Virus record (IMG/VR): IMGVR_UViG_3300030095_006218
Source of the DNA: an uncultured virus (IMG/VR IMGVR_UViG_3300030095_006218)
Taxonomy: Duplodnaviria > Heunggongvirae > Uroviricota > Caudoviricetes
Reading direction: 5' to 3' (one strand)
Length of the DNA: 64,000 nucleotides
A model generated the notes under the pieces. That model was not told the DNA's origin. It searched no databases and worked only from the letters and a program-made list of their open reading frames with translations. This document shows, one piece after another, positions 9,265 through 20,029 of the stretch (its first letter is position 1; every line of letters begins with the position of its first letter). The position numbers and the translations under genes were made by a program.

Positions 9265-11044
9265 TGATCACCTTCACAATCATATTTTTGTTAAATTCCT
9301 CTCTATCCAAAAATGGCGCCAAGTCTTCCATCGGTCTAGCTGCAAAACTTCCGTCCTTTTTCTTATATACCGATGCTTTGGGCGCTGTAATGTGTGTAGA
9401 GGGGAGCATAATTTCGCATATTACCGGGCCATCAATAGCTAGAATACCCTCCAACCTATCGTGAAGTTTATTTGGATTGTCTATCAATGCATATGGAATA
9501 TTATAAGCATATGCCTGCTCGCTTATTGATGGTAAAGTTAAGCCAGACGTGGTTCCACTTGCAACTAGTTTTCCACCAAAATGTTTATTCTGTGTATTTC
9601 TAATTGAAACATAGCCATTGTTGTTGAGAACAAAAAATTTAATTGGTAAATTTAAGCGTCGTACGACTTCCAACTCTTGAATGTTCATAATAAAACCTCC
9701 ATCGCCATCAATACAAATTGTCTTCTGATTTCCGCTAGCTACACAGCCACCAATACTGGCAGCTATGCCAAATCCCATAGGACCCAATCCTTCGCTATTG
9801 AACATGCGTTGACCCTTCTTAATTCTAAAAGCCTGCATTGTCACTTCGCTGCAGCCTCCGGAGCTTCCCGGGATTAACAAAGCACCCTCGGGAGTAACAT
9901 CAGATAGAGCATCGATAAACGCATAGTTGTTGACATGCCCCTTTTCTTTCCAATACTCTGGTAATATAACCGGATATTTTTGTTGCCAATTTTTACAAAT
10001 CTCTATCCAGTGGGAACATTTTATATTGATTTTGTCCTTTTGTCTGATTAGCTCTCTAATAAAGTCTCCAGCATCGTATGGCATTGGATGTTCTATTTTC
10101 ATCTGCATTTTATCAATTTCACTTGAATCAATATCAACGATTACCTTCTTGGCTGCGCGTGCAAAGTATTTATGCTGATATGCTGTTTGTCCGTGATCTA
10201 ATCGGGCCCCAATACTAATCAAAAAATCTGAATTTTGTTGTGAAAAGTTAGCGCCGCGTTGGCCAACACCGCCGGGACGTCCAACATATAGTGGATGCTC
10301 TTCTTCGAAAAAATCAATTGCTTTCCATGTTAGTAATACTGGTATATTAAGCACCGATGTCAATTGTTTAAAATCTTCAACTGCTCCGGAAAGCCGTATA
10401 CCATTACCGGCCAATATGATTGGTCGAGATGAAGAGTTTAAGTCATCAATTATGGCTGATACTGCTTCTGATAATCCAGTTAATTCTTTTTCGTCTGGTA
10501 CGTACCCAGTCAAATTATCAGGATCGATAAGAGCCGCCTGCACATCCAATGGAATATCAAGCCAGACAGGGCCGGGACGTCCTGACGTCGCTAAGTGTGC
10601 AGCTTTTTCCAAACAATATTTTATCTGGCTCGGATCCGTTACTGTTTCAGCGTATTTGGTTATAGATTTGGCCATCCCTACGGCATCAATCTCTTGAAAG
10701 CCGATCTGACGGGTGCCGCGGCCATTAATCATATCCTTCTTTTGCACCTGCCCTGATATTACCATCATGGGCGTTGAGTCCAACCAAGCGGCTGCAACGC
10801 CTGTGATAGCGTTGGTTGCGCCCGGGCCTGTTGTAACGAGGCAAACACCCATATTGTTGGTGTATTGTCCGTATGCGTCTGCTGCGATACTACATGCTTG
10901 CTCATGCAGATTACATATAAAGTTAATATTGCTTTTACCAATTGAGTCAACCAAATGTATACAGCCGCCGCCGGGCAGCAAGAACACATCGTTTATTCCA
11001 CGTTGTTCAATAAAATTGACAACATAATCTGATAACTTGATCAA
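9251..11044 (-). CDS. ThDP-dependent acetolactate-synthase-like enzyme (YerE-like by context)
   Basis: HEQ, TTGPGATN, GRPGPV, GDGG...NN ThDP motif; lies in a sugar cluster. Confidence 0.85.
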   Translation of the reverse strand: MIKLSDYVVNFIEQRGINDVFLLPGGGCIHLVDSIGKSNINFICNLHEQACSIAADAYGQYTNNMGVCLVTTGPGATNAITGVAAAWLDSTPMMVISGQVQKKDMINGRGTRQIGFQEIDAVGMAKSITKYAETVTDPSQIKYCLEKAAHLATSGRPGPVWLDIPLDVQAALIDPDNLTGYVPDEKELTGLSEAVSAIIDDLNSSSRPIILAGNGIRLSGAVEDFKQLTSVLNIPVLLTWKAIDFFEEEHPLYVGRPGGVGQRGANFSQQNSDFLISIGARLDHGQTAYQHKYFARAAKKVIVDIDSSEIDKMQMKIEHPMPYDAGDFIRELIRQKDKINIKCSHWIEICKNWQQKYPVILPEYWKEKGHVNNYAFIDALSDVTPEGALLIPGSSGGCSEVTMQAFRIKKGQRMFNSEGLGPMGFGIAASIGGCVASGNQKTICIDGDGGFIMNIQELEVVRRLNLPIKFFVLNNNGYVSIRNTQNKHFGGKLVASGTTSGLTLPSISEQAYAYNIPYALIDNPNKLHDRLEGILAIDGPVICEIMLPSTHITAPKASVYKKKDGSFAARPMEDLAPFLDREEFNKNMIVKVINDMS

Positions 11045-11048
11045 TGTA

Positions 11049-11507
11049 TTATCCTTCGTTAGCGTTGGCAGTGACTATATCAACAAGTTCTATATTGCAT
11101 CGAATTGGCTGGTCTGGCGGAGTTCTATATCCATGGAACGTATGAAAGCTGCTAGCTCCCTCTGTGCCATACGCTAGTTCAGGCGGAATTAGAAGCGCCG
11201 CTTTTCCTCCAATCTTCATAGACTGAAGCGCCATATCAAGACCTACAATTGACTGCCCCTTGGAATACACTTCGTCTTTTGGAGTATATTTACCAATTGT
11301 AATCTCAATTGGCCCGCTGAATGGATTTTTCTCATCGTATGTGCTGTCATAGATTGTATCAAGATAATCTTTATTATCGTAATCATAGTTAGATGTCGTG
11401 GCGCCATCACCAACCCATATTTCATAATGCATTAGTACCGTCTGACCAGTAGAGGGCTTTTGCCCCGTTCCACCCTTTAAGGTGGTTATTTCTAATTCTT
11501 TGCCCAT
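11049..11507 (-). CDS. FKBP-type peptidyl-prolyl isomerase
   Basis: V.MHY, YDST, I.GLD.AL..MKIG, IPPELAYG, IELV. Confidence 0.8.
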   Translation of the reverse strand: MGKELEITTLKGGTGQKPSTGQTVLMHYEIWVGDGATTSNYDYDNKDYLDTIYDSTYDEKNPFSGPIEITIGKYTPKDEVYSKGQSIVGLDMALQSMKIGGKAALLIPPELAYGTEGASSFHTFHGYRTPPDQPIRCNIELVDIVTANANEG

Positions 11508-11508
11508 A

Positions 11509-13002
11509 TTAATCCTTCCAGTGTGCAATAAAAGTTTTTCTGTTTTCGTTTTGAGAAATAAGCGGATCGACATAATAAGAATCATCAGTGTAGTGTGTCG
11601 ATGATACTTCTTCGATTATACACCCATCCATAGTCTCAAATTTGTGCTTAACGCCCGGTTTAATAGTCACAACATCACCTTTGGAAAGTTTGTGTTGTAC
11701 ATCGTCCAAATACAAATCGACTTTCCCGTGTAATACTACAAAAGTTTCTTCTTTCATTTTATGATATTGTTCAGGGTGTGTTTGTCCGGGTAATGCAATA
11801 AGCAACTTTTTACAATATTCTCTGTTTACCACAGTTATCATAGTAAGTCCGGTATTATAAAAGTTATTTATCCCATAATGATGTGAGATTTCCAAATTAG
11901 CATCAGGTGGAAAAACTACATCCGATTCTTGCAAAAACTGTTTTACATTTTGTACAATATTGTAAATCTGCTCTCTAAGATTCAAAGATTCAACGCTTTC
12001 TGCCTGAATATTTTCATTAACCTTAAAGTCTTTCTGGGCCATAAACTGTACATACTTTGACATATCATTCGCCAGAATCTGCCCGTCTTGGCATGGAAAA
12101 GCATAAAATACGTCTTCCCGTGTGATCACCTCTCCCTTCTTAACATCGCGCTTGGCAAAAACACCTCGTTTAAAGCGTCTCAAGTCGGACAGCTCCTTTT
12201 CTGATGCTGGTGGGCGGGAAGTAGTTGCACCACATACTTGAAAGGCACGACGGGCTGCAGACAGCCATTTATCAATTTGTTCTGGCGTTGCGGAGTAAGC
12301 ATTTTTTGCGTACTCATCTGTGACAACGGCAACGTGCTTTTCAAAAACCTGCGCGCCTTGTGAAATGGCGAGTGGCACAATGTTTGGATCATCTGGATCT
12401 TCATGAGTTGAGTAACCAATTTTGATATCCGGATATCGTTCACGCAAAAAACCAATCTGATTAAGCTGCAGATTTACTGTTTCGGTTGGGTATTCTCCAA
12501 CGCAATGCATAATAGTAAGATCCTTATCCCGATTGGTAAAGAACGCTACCACATTATCAATTTCCTGCAACGTAGCGCCGGCGGTGGATGCAATAATCGG
12601 CATGTCCGTTTCTGCAATGCGATTAAGCAACGGCCAATCTGTAAAGGAGCAGCTGGCAATCTTGATAATTGGAAACTGCATTTCTTCAATCAATGCAATT
12701 GAATCTTCGTCAAAGCCGGTACAAACTGTAATGAACCCGTGTTTTTCTGCCTCTTGCTTAAGAGACAAAAATTGTTCATTTGTAAGTCGGGTTTCTGAAA
12801 ACCTTTTCACATATTTCAAGTCCATCCTATCCTTGTAGTCTGGATGTATAAATGTATCGATATTGCGGAACTGAAATTTAACCGCAAAATCAAACTCTTC
12901 ATATTGGTTTTTTACTTCCGCAAATTCGCGGATCATGCGCATTCCGTGCGCGACATCGCCCATGTGATTGTTGGCGATCTCAAAAATAAATAACTGCTTC
13001 AT
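11509..13002 (-). CDS. NeuB-family nonulosonate synthase fused to SAF and cupin domains
   Basis: FEIANNHMGD, KFQ, KIAS, HCV..YP, GYSTHE, EKH; C-terminal HPEQYHKMKEETF cupin. Confidence 0.85.
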   Translation of the reverse strand: MKQLFIFEIANNHMGDVAHGMRMIREFAEVKNQYEEFDFAVKFQFRNIDTFIHPDYKDRMDLKYVKRFSETRLTNEQFLSLKQEAEKHGFITVCTGFDEDSIALIEEMQFPIIKIASCSFTDWPLLNRIAETDMPIIASTAGATLQEIDNVVAFFTNRDKDLTIMHCVGEYPTETVNLQLNQIGFLRERYPDIKIGYSTHEDPDDPNIVPLAISQGAQVFEKHVAVVTDEYAKNAYSATPEQIDKWLSAARRAFQVCGATTSRPPASEKELSDLRRFKRGVFAKRDVKKGEVITREDVFYAFPCQDGQILANDMSKYVQFMAQKDFKVNENIQAESVESLNLREQIYNIVQNVKQFLQESDVVFPPDANLEISHHYGINNFYNTGLTMITVVNREYCKKLLIALPGQTHPEQYHKMKEETFVVLHGKVDLYLDDVQHKLSKGDVVTIKPGVKHKFETMDGCIIEEVSSTHYTDDSYYVDPLISQNENRKTFIAHWKD

Positions 13003-13027
13003 ATATTCCCCTTTGAAAGCTATTAAT

Positions 13028-13056
13028 AGTATAACACAGCGCGCGGCTGAAGTCTA
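13028..13056 (-). promoter_or_regulatory. Sigma70-type promoter
   Basis: TAGACT-N17-TATACT upstream of the NeuB-like gene. Confidence 0.6.
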
Positions 13057-13072
13057 CCTTTATTTTGTTTAT

Positions 13073-13933
13073 TTAGTTCGATACGTGATCGATAAACTCT
13101 GCTACTTCCGGCGGCACGGCTTGTCTTAACCATTGCCTGAAACCGCCGAAGCTTTTATTTAAATGATTTGCGTAAGAGCCGCCAGCTTGATGCAATATTT
13201 TTACCTGACTTGGCACTTTCGACAAAGGGTCATTTAAGTAAACTTTATCATCCTTGATATATAGTTTTTTCCAGCTTTCATAGTGCATATATGGGCCCGG
13301 GCTCCACAGCGTTGATATATTATAATGCACATTAGAACCAATTGCATCTACTGTATGTGTTGAAAATCTATTAGAAAAATACACAAGATTTAAAGTATCG
13401 TTTTCATCCCCAACTGGTGGGGCAATATGTGATAAGTCAGCGCCAGTGCGGTGGCCAGTAACTTGCATATTAAAGTCGTGCCATGCTTCCCAAAAAGCTT
13501 TGTTATTGGCCGCTATAATCCCCGCATTAAGCCAATCTTCCAGAGGGATCATTCGACCAGTAGCTACATATCTATCCGGCAGAGGATCATACAGGTGATG
13601 CGGGGTAGTAATACCATCATTGCCGCCGGCTTTATTATATGCATTATTATTTCGGGCGCCTACAACATCAGCATCACTTGATATCATTTCACTCAAATCA
13701 CCAACTATAACTGCATCGCCATCAACATGAATTACCATATCGTAATCGTCTGCAATCTCTAAACAAGTTGGTGCCATCATCCAGTTACCACCTTCGGGCG
13801 TCCATTTCTCTGAATTGATGTGATGATCTATTTCTGGGTGGAAATGTTTTATTGAATTGGATAATTGTTCTATACCAATGTACTCTCGGTAATCATCTGT
13901 GCACCATGTGCTTACTGCTACTTTCTTACTCAT
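13073..13933 (-). CDS. Putative GT-A glycosyltransferase
   Basis: HVDGD (DxD), LNAGII, ENDTLN. Confidence 0.6.
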   Translation of the reverse strand: MSKKVAVSTWCTDDYREYIGIEQLSNSIKHFHPEIDHHINSEKWTPEGGNWMMAPTCLEIADDYDMVIHVDGDAVIVGDLSEMISSDADVVGARNNNAYNKAGGNDGITTPHHLYDPLPDRYVATGRMIPLEDWLNAGIIAANNKAFWEAWHDFNMQVTGHRTGADLSHIAPPVGDENDTLNLVYFSNRFSTHTVDAIGSNVHYNISTLWSPGPYMHYESWKKLYIKDDKVYLNDPLSKVPSQVKILHQAGGSYANHLNKSFGGFRQWLRQAVPPEVAEFIDHVSN

Positions 13934-14597
13934 CCGTTTCCTCTTTTGGGGTAAAAATTAAATATCCCTGATCTCTCATATCTTTGGTAACATTGTGAGT
14001 CTCAGATAATAACCTATAAATAAACTCGCTTGTCTGAGAACCTTTAATTTTTTGCGCATCGTAATTTTCGGTGGAAAAATATCGCTGCATATGTGCACTA
14101 AAAGAGCCGGCCTCATAGTTACCCTCTTCATATAGCCATAAATCGTCTATAATAAAAACATCTTTTGAAATGTCTCTATTTTCTACTATAGCTTCAAGCT
14201 CTACGCTCAAGGGCATACGGACATTATCGTCTTCTATGGCATCATACCGAGCATGCCTAAAATCAGCACCGGGAAAATGTGCATCCAAAAAAAACATAGT
14301 TGGCCCTTCTAATTTTTCTAAAATCTCAGGTATCTTTTCTTCCGAACTACCTAACAATAGTTTGACGTCTTTCAATTCGGTTGAGAGGACTGTTTTATTT
14401 TTAGTGACAAACTGATTTAATATATTATTTGCCATTTTGTATACTTCTTCGTGTATCTCAACAGAATAAAAGTTTTTAAATTTGCAACACATCGCATACT
14501 GTAAACACTCTGCTGCGCCAGTGCCAGTCTCGACGTAATTAGCTAAATCGTATCTGTCAATGAATACATTAACATCGTGCTTTTGTAAATTTCCCAT
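13926..14597 (-). CDS. Putative class I SAM methyltransferase
   Basis: VETGT, SVEI, FFLDAH, IIDD. Confidence 0.65.
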   Translation of the reverse strand: MGNLQKHDVNVFIDRYDLANYVETGTGAAECLQYAMCCKFKNFYSVEIHEEVYKMANNILNQFVTKNKTVLSTELKDVKLLLGSSEEKIPEILEKLEGPTMFFLDAHFPGADFRHARYDAIEDDNVRMPLSVELEAIVENRDISKDVFIIDDLWLYEEGNYEAGSFSAHMQRYFSTENYDAQKIKGSQTSEFIYRLLSETHNVTKDMRDQGYLIFTPKEETDE

Positions 14598-14962
14598 TAT
14601 TCATTCTCGCTATATTTGTCATAACCAATTTTAGTTTCGGTCAAATTGGAAGAAAAAAACCTGCCTTGTAGTGCTTTCTTAGCTAACATTCTTTGATAGT
14701 TACACTTATCAACATAACTTGCCGGTACTTCATCAGTTTTGGCCTTATCTACAGCATTAAAGGTTAACCTATTTGCTGCTAGCAGGTCTGAGAATTCATC
14801 CGAACCTATAACGGTTTCGAATTTCTCTTTTCCTATTTCTTCAACTAAGTCGGATTCAGTTATTTTTAAAACCGATTCCGGTATGTATTGGTTCTCTAGT
14901 TTAAGTTTTAAAATCGAATAGTAATCAAAGACGTACGCTTCGTCGACGGTCATTTTTATCAT
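14597..14962 (-). CDS. Hypothetical protein
   Basis: ORF overlapping both neighbours in operon. Confidence 0.6.
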   Translation of the reverse strand: MIKMTVDEAYVFDYYSILKLKLENQYIPESVLKITESDLVEEIGKEKFETVIGSDEFSDLLAANRLTFNAVDKAKTDEVPASYVDKCNYQRMLAKKALQGRFFSSNLTETKIGYDKYSENE

Positions 14963-15941
14963 TTAAGTCCTCAGTGTCATATTTGTTTTGGTAGTGGGCA
15001 ATCATTTCGTCTATCATGGATTCGAATGTATAATCGGGTATCCAGTTAAGAGTGTCCCGTATCTTGCTCGAATCACCTTTAAGGTGTCTAGTTTCTTCTG
15101 GGCGTGCAAACCTAGGGTCTAAAACAACATAATTTTTATAATCCATATTCAATCTGCCAAACGTGTATTCACAAAGTTGCTCAATACTGTGAGTGGTGCC
15201 AGTGGCACAAACAAAATCATCTGGCTTTGAATGCTGCAGTATCATCCACATAGCACGCACATAATCCTTGGCGTGCCCCCAATCTCTATAGGTTGTTAAT
15301 ATTCCCAGCGGCAATTGATCTGTTAACCCTAACGATATTTTTACTGCTTCGCGAACAACTTTGCTTGTCACAAAGTTCTCACCGCGGCGAGGCGATTCGT
15401 GATTGAATAAAATACCATTAGATATAAATAGGTTGTAAGAATTTCTATAATTAACACACATCTGATGTGCAAAAACTTTTGCAACTGCATACGGATTAGC
15501 TGGTTTAAAGGGGGAAGTTTCCCGCTGATATCCATCACTATCAATAGAATTGCCGAACATCTCAGAAGTTCCAGCCTGATACACTCTAGCGTGGGGTGCG
15601 TAAGCCCGGACTGCTTCAAGCAAGTTTAACACACCCACTGCTGTTATATTGGCTGTAACTACAGGGTTTTCATAACTAACCTTTACGTGAGACTGTGCAG
15701 CCAAATTGTATATCTCATGCGGCTTTGTTCTAATAATTGCATTTTGAAGCGACGAAAGATCTGTCAAATCAGCATAATGCAAATCGACCTTATCTAATAC
15801 ATGTTCAATTCTTTCTAGATTATTACCTGTTGAATGTCTTCGTATCGTACCATATACTTCATACCCCTTATCAAGCAGTAGTTCCGATAAATATGAACCA
15901 TCTTGTCCGGTAATTCCTGTAATTAATGCTCTTTTACTCAT
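14925..15941 (-). CDS. gmd: GDP-mannose 4,6-dehydratase
   Basis: ITGITGQDGSYL, NLAAQSHV, YAVAK, GILFNHESPRRG, RDWGHA. Confidence 0.95.
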   Translation of the reverse strand: MSKRALITGITGQDGSYLSELLLDKGYEVYGTIRRHSTGNNLERIEHVLDKVDLHYADLTDLSSLQNAIIRTKPHEIYNLAAQSHVKVSYENPVVTANITAVGVLNLLEAVRAYAPHARVYQAGTSEMFGNSIDSDGYQRETSPFKPANPYAVAKVFAHQMCVNYRNSYNLFISNGILFNHESPRRGENFVTSKVVREAVKISLGLTDQLPLGILTTYRDWGHAKDYVRAMWMILQHSKPDDFVCATGTTHSIEQLCEYTFGRLNMDYKNYVVLDPRFARPEETRHLKGDSSKIRDTLNWIPDYTFESMIDEMIAHYQNKYDTEDLNDKNDRRRSVRL

Positions 15942-16678
15942 AAGTTATAATTCCAATTGTTTTTGTATATATTCTCGCAGTAAGCGTAACCATATTGAGG
16001 TAAGTTTCTTGTATACCAATGCATGTTATCTGCTTTTAAGTTTAACTTTTCCATAATGTAACAGACTGCAGTATCAACAGTGTGTATCTCTGTCGCGTTT
16101 TCAAACAATTTACACCAATCAAATATATTATCGAATCCCAAAGGCTCCATCTCTATGACTTGTATATCCGCAGGTATATTCATATCCTTTCTATAGCCGT
16201 CTACAGTTGTACCAAACCATCTATTAACTATAACATACTTTGAATCATCTTTTAACCCAAAATGCTCATAAAACAAATGATTTTCTCTTTCTATATCTCT
16301 TTCGAATGCAACATAATCAGTCCAATCAGAATAATCTAAATTGATAATTTTATATTTAATACTCAATACATCAAACGGTATTTCACTTTTCATAAGTTTG
16401 TCAGCATATTGAAGTGGTATATATAAGTTTTCTTCATGATCGCGCGAAGGGGGCATGATACCAGCGTTGTAGACGTCTTTGAACGGAAAATTGTCGGTCT
16501 CTCTACAGAATGTTATGCCATCCTTTTTCATATACTTGTTAACTGTATCATAGTAAAAATCTACTACTGGCCAGTGTACATGGTATCCTTGTTCTATTAA
16601 CTTTGCTGCAATCTTTTGACAAAAGATTATATCACCCAGACCTGCGGGCTGTCGTATTAAGCAATTTTTAGTATCCAT
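15938..16678 (-). CDS. Putative glycosyltransferase (GT-B-like)
   Basis: GLGDII N-terminus; ENATEIHTVDT. Confidence 0.5.
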   Translation of the reverse strand: MDTKNCLIRQPAGLGDIIFCQKIAAKLIEQGYHVHWPVVDFYYDTVNKYMKKDGITFCRETDNFPFKDVYNAGIMPPSRDHEENLYIPLQYADKLMKSEIPFDVLSIKYKIINLDYSDWTDYVAFERDIERENHLFYEHFGLKDDSKYVIVNRWFGTTVDGYRKDMNIPADIQVIEMEPLGFDNIFDWCKLFENATEIHTVDTAVCYIMEKLNLKADNMHWYTRNLPQYGYAYCENIYKNNWNYNL

Positions 16679-17486
16679 TTTTAGCCACCAACTCCCAATA
16701 GCGCTTACGAATTATCTTGCGCTTAACAAAAGATTTAGGTATTTCGACTGTTTTTCGTGCGAAAAAGGCATCGCCCCAGCCCTGTGCTCCAAAGTTGGAG
16801 ACGGCTACTAGCAAAAATCCTCTTTTTTCCAAATAAGCTTTTATTTCTTCAAATAATGGTGTCCCGGGAAATCTATCCGGATCAATCGATACCTCTATTA
16901 TTACAAAGTTAATAAATTTTAAATTTTCTTCGATACCCTTTAAGATTTTAAACTCAGAACCTTCGGCATCAATATTAAGTACATCCACAGTGCTCATATC
17001 AATATTATTTTCCTTAATGAAGGTGTCTAGTTTTTTAGTATTGATCTTTGCAACTTCTGTTGGTTGAAATTCTTCTTTTTGTGAACGTACTAAAGTGGAA
17101 CAGTCGCCGCGGCTAGGAATCAACAATTCAATCTCTTCGTTGTCGATATCGTAAGCAGCAAAATTATATACCTTTTGTCCATAAGCATTAGCACGGGGCC
17201 TTGAAGTAAGCCAATATGAATTGCGATTTGCTTCTACCCAGTGTACATTCTCTCCAAACAACTGTACGTAGTCGCCTAGTTCGGCACAATTCCAAGCACC
17301 AACATGAATACAACCTCGTATATAATCTGTTGTTTTAGTTATTATGTGCCCCCAGTGTTCGCCTTCCATCAGAATCTCTGGTTTAGCCAACAGCTCATTT
17401 GTTTCTGCATCTCTTGGTTGGCCGCGCTCTACCTTTGTTAAGCCTATACGTTCAAATAGTTCTCCGTAATTTCCTAGTTCACTCAT
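16668..17486 (-). CDS. FkbM-family methyltransferase
   Basis: IHVGA, VEAN, LDTF, NIDAEGSE.KILKG, WGDAFF. Confidence 0.8.
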   Translation of the reverse strand: MSELGNYGELFERIGLTKVERGQPRDAETNELLAKPEILMEGEHWGHIITKTTDYIRGCIHVGAWNCAELGDYVQLFGENVHWVEANRNSYWLTSRPRANAYGQKVYNFAAYDIDNEEIELLIPSRGDCSTLVRSQKEEFQPTEVAKINTKKLDTFIKENNIDMSTVDVLNIDAEGSEFKILKGIEENLKFINFVIIEVSIDPDRFPGTPLFEEIKAYLEKRGFLLVAVSNFGAQGWGDAFFARKTVEIPKSFVKRKIIRKRYWELVAKNGY

Positions 17487-18306
17487 TTTTAAGATACTTC
17501 TCGCAAAACCAGTCTTCTGGTGTTTCCATTTCTTTCACTCTTTCTAGATTATCTTTAATTGCATCCATTTTAGAATAATATAATTCTGGTGTTAGCTGTG
17601 ATATATCAAAGTTTTCATCGAGCATGATTATCCCATCTGTATTAAAGTAATCTCCAATATCGGGCGAACCAAAATAAACTGGTACTGTGCCTGCGGCGAA
17701 GCAATCCAAAATCTTTTCAGTAAAATACGTACTGTAACTGCCGTTTTCTATTGCAACCGAAAACATATAATCACACAAACCCTCTTCCTTGCTTTCAATC
17801 TCGTTAAAGCCTCGCCCGTACAAATCTAACTGATCGCGGAGGCGATGTACCCAATGCAACCTATACAAGTGACCTTGACACATTCTCTTATTAGAGCTGA
17901 TCATCGAAACAAGCTTAGTTTTGTCATATATCTTCGCTTCCTTGATCCAAAAGCCGGTGGCTGGAACAAATTTAAATCTGTTGTCCAAATTTAGTAGTTC
18001 GCGATTATGAGTAAATATATACTTGAACCGAGTAAAGTATGCCTCATACTGACTAGCGACCGACTGTACAACATCGGGTGTTATGAATTTGGACTCAATT
18101 AACCATGCATATTTGTGCTTGCTAACCGGATCAGTTTCAACATGACGCATTGCATAGTCAATATATACTGTGTGTTCACTCTCTACTACGGCCGGAAAGT
18201 TCTCTGTCCATTCTACAAGTCTGTTATATTTGCCGTGCGTTGACGACTTGCCCGTGTGGCCATTTGAGGTGTGGCGAACACCTTCACCTATTAGATTAAG
18301 TTTCAT
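17479..18306 (-). CDS. GT10-like fucosyltransferase
   Basis: YMFSVAIEN, YFTEKILDCF..GTVPVYFG. Confidence 0.8.
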   Translation of the reverse strand: MKLNLIGEGVRHTSNGHTGKSSTHGKYNRLVEWTENFPAVVESEHTVYIDYAMRHVETDPVSKHKYAWLIESKFITPDVVQSVASQYEAYFTRFKYIFTHNRELLNLDNRFKFVPATGFWIKEAKIYDKTKLVSMISSNKRMCQGHLYRLHWVHRLRDQLDLYGRGFNEIESKEEGLCDYMFSVAIENGSYSTYFTEKILDCFAAGTVPVYFGSPDIGDYFNTDGIIMLDENFDISQLTPELYYSKMDAIKDNLERVKEMETPEDWFCEKYLKNE

Positions 18307-19135
18307 TGTGTTCTGCCATATCATCTATAATCATTTTAATTCCTGTTTTTATATCAATTGTCGGTTGCCAATATTTTAAAATTAACGGATCCGCTTCGTT
18401 TCGCGCGTCCAGTTGGACCGAATCTTTTGCCTTGGCCGGAACAACTTCTGTACCTTCAAAATGTTCAGCAATTATACCGGCAATATCAATTATGCTGTTC
18501 CACTCAAAGTTGGTAATATGTAATTCGCTATCACGCGGTATCTCACTATATCTTTGTGACAGTATCTCTAAGCAACGGCTGCAATCTTCTGCGTGCAGAA
18601 ACTGCCTTACTTCGGTACCGTCAGTGAGCATGTCTATTTTACGTGCGTCTCTTGCTTTCAAAATGAAATCTGTAATTACGTGAGATTTTTCAAGGTCTTT
18701 CTCTGGCCCATATACGTTCCAGAACTTTACAACCAGACCTCCAAGAGAATTAGTGTATCGCTCACCAATAGCCTTGGCAACACCATAAGGCGAATATGAC
18801 ATGTTAGACATTTGGCTGGATGCAAAGATGAAAGGTTTGCCGTATTTCTTTATAGTATCAAATGTGTTGGCCATCAACATTACGTTATTGTGAAGAAATT
18901 CGTACGTATGCTGGTATTTCTTAAGGTAGCGTGAGCCACCAACATCAAATGCGAGAAAGAAAACAAAATCGCACTCTTTAACACATTTATCTAAAGTGGC
19001 ATTTTCATAAATTCTTAAATCTTGAACATCTTCATTTACAATATCAAACTCAATTACTTCATGCTGCTGAGTTCGCAAATAATCGCAAAGTTCGGCGCCA
19101 ATTTGTCCTTCGGAGCCTAATACTAAATATTTCAA
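18296..19135 (-). CDS. NAD-dependent epimerase/dehydratase
   Basis: VLGSEGQIG, YGVAK, NVYGP, RQFLH. Confidence 0.85.
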   Translation of the reverse strand: MKYLVLGSEGQIGAELCDYLRTQQHEVIEFDIVNEDVQDLRIYENATLDKCVKECDFVFFLAFDVGGSRYLKKYQHTYEFLHNNVMLMANTFDTIKKYGKPFIFASSQMSNMSYSPYGVAKAIGERYTNSLGGLVVKFWNVYGPEKDLEKSHVITDFILKARDARKIDMLTDGTEVRQFLHAEDCSRCLEILSQRYSEIPRDSELHITNFEWNSIIDIAGIIAEHFEGTEVVPAKAKDSVQLDARNEADPLILKYWQPTIDIKTGIKMIIDDMAEHNET

Positions 19136-19144
19136 TATAACCTC

Positions 19145-20029
19145 CTAAAACGTTTTCCAATCTTTTGGAAACAAATCTTTCAAATCCAAATGAGATAGTT
19201 TGTGGCCAAACCACTCCTTAATGGGTGCAACCACAATCTTTTCTTCGTTACGATTGAACCAGCCGCTCCACCAACTAAAAGTAGAGTTGCCAATTATGTT
19301 GTTTTCACACATTGACATCAGAAACATATCAACATAATTTGGATTATCTTCAATAAAATGAATATCGAATTCTGGTTCATCGTTGTATAGATTGGCTATA
19401 TTAGCTTTGCACCACTGAATGTCATCAGAAAACACTACTAGATTATCAATTTGTTTATTCTTTAATACGTATTCAATTGCTTTTTGATAATATTCGAAGC
19501 TTACATCAGTATGATAATCTTGCATATCTTTTTTGTGCCTGTCGCCGGCACGACGATAATGCACGGAAAGCGAGTTCTTTAAAAAAGATTTATCTTTATA
19601 TTTTTCTTCAATAAGTTGCAAAGCTTTCTTACTTGGGGCAAAATACTCATCACGCAATTTATCTTTAATGTTTTCAAAATACTTTTCTGATTGGAAATAT
19701 CCAACAATATACATGTTATCTTGTTGTGGAATTTCGTTGTGTGTAAAATCGCCGGCGCCATTATGATCTGGGGCGTTATAAAGTTTCCATCCATGATCCG
19801 GCTGATGCAGATCCGCGTCAGTTAGATATTCAAACTTATATTCAAATGCATCTTCAAATTCTAACTCTCTTGGGTGTGCAGCCTCTGTGATATTGTATAA
19901 GAATAACGTATTCCTATCTACAAAATTAGGTATCTTTGCTTTGAAGCCTGTTCTGTCTGCCAGCGCTAATAACGCTGCTAACTCAAACATATTGTTGCCC
20001 AACTGTCCATGAAATTTACATGTAATCAT
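19145..20029 (-). CDS. GT11 alpha-1,2-fucosyltransferase-like
   Basis: GQLGN, GYFQSEKYF, HYRR.GD, FSDD..WC, NSTFSWW. Confidence 0.88.
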   Translation of the reverse strand: MITCKFHGQLGNNMFELAALLALADRTGFKAKIPNFVDRNTLFLYNITEAAHPRELEFEDAFEYKFEYLTDADLHQPDHGWKLYNAPDHNGAGDFTHNEIPQQDNMYIVGYFQSEKYFENIKDKLRDEYFAPSKKALQLIEEKYKDKSFLKNSLSVHYRRAGDRHKKDMQDYHTDVSFEYYQKAIEYVLKNKQIDNLVVFSDDIQWCKANIANLYNDEPEFDIHFIEDNPNYVDMFLMSMCENNIIGNSTFSWWSGWFNRNEEKIVVAPIKEWFGHKLSHLDLKDLFPKDWKTF

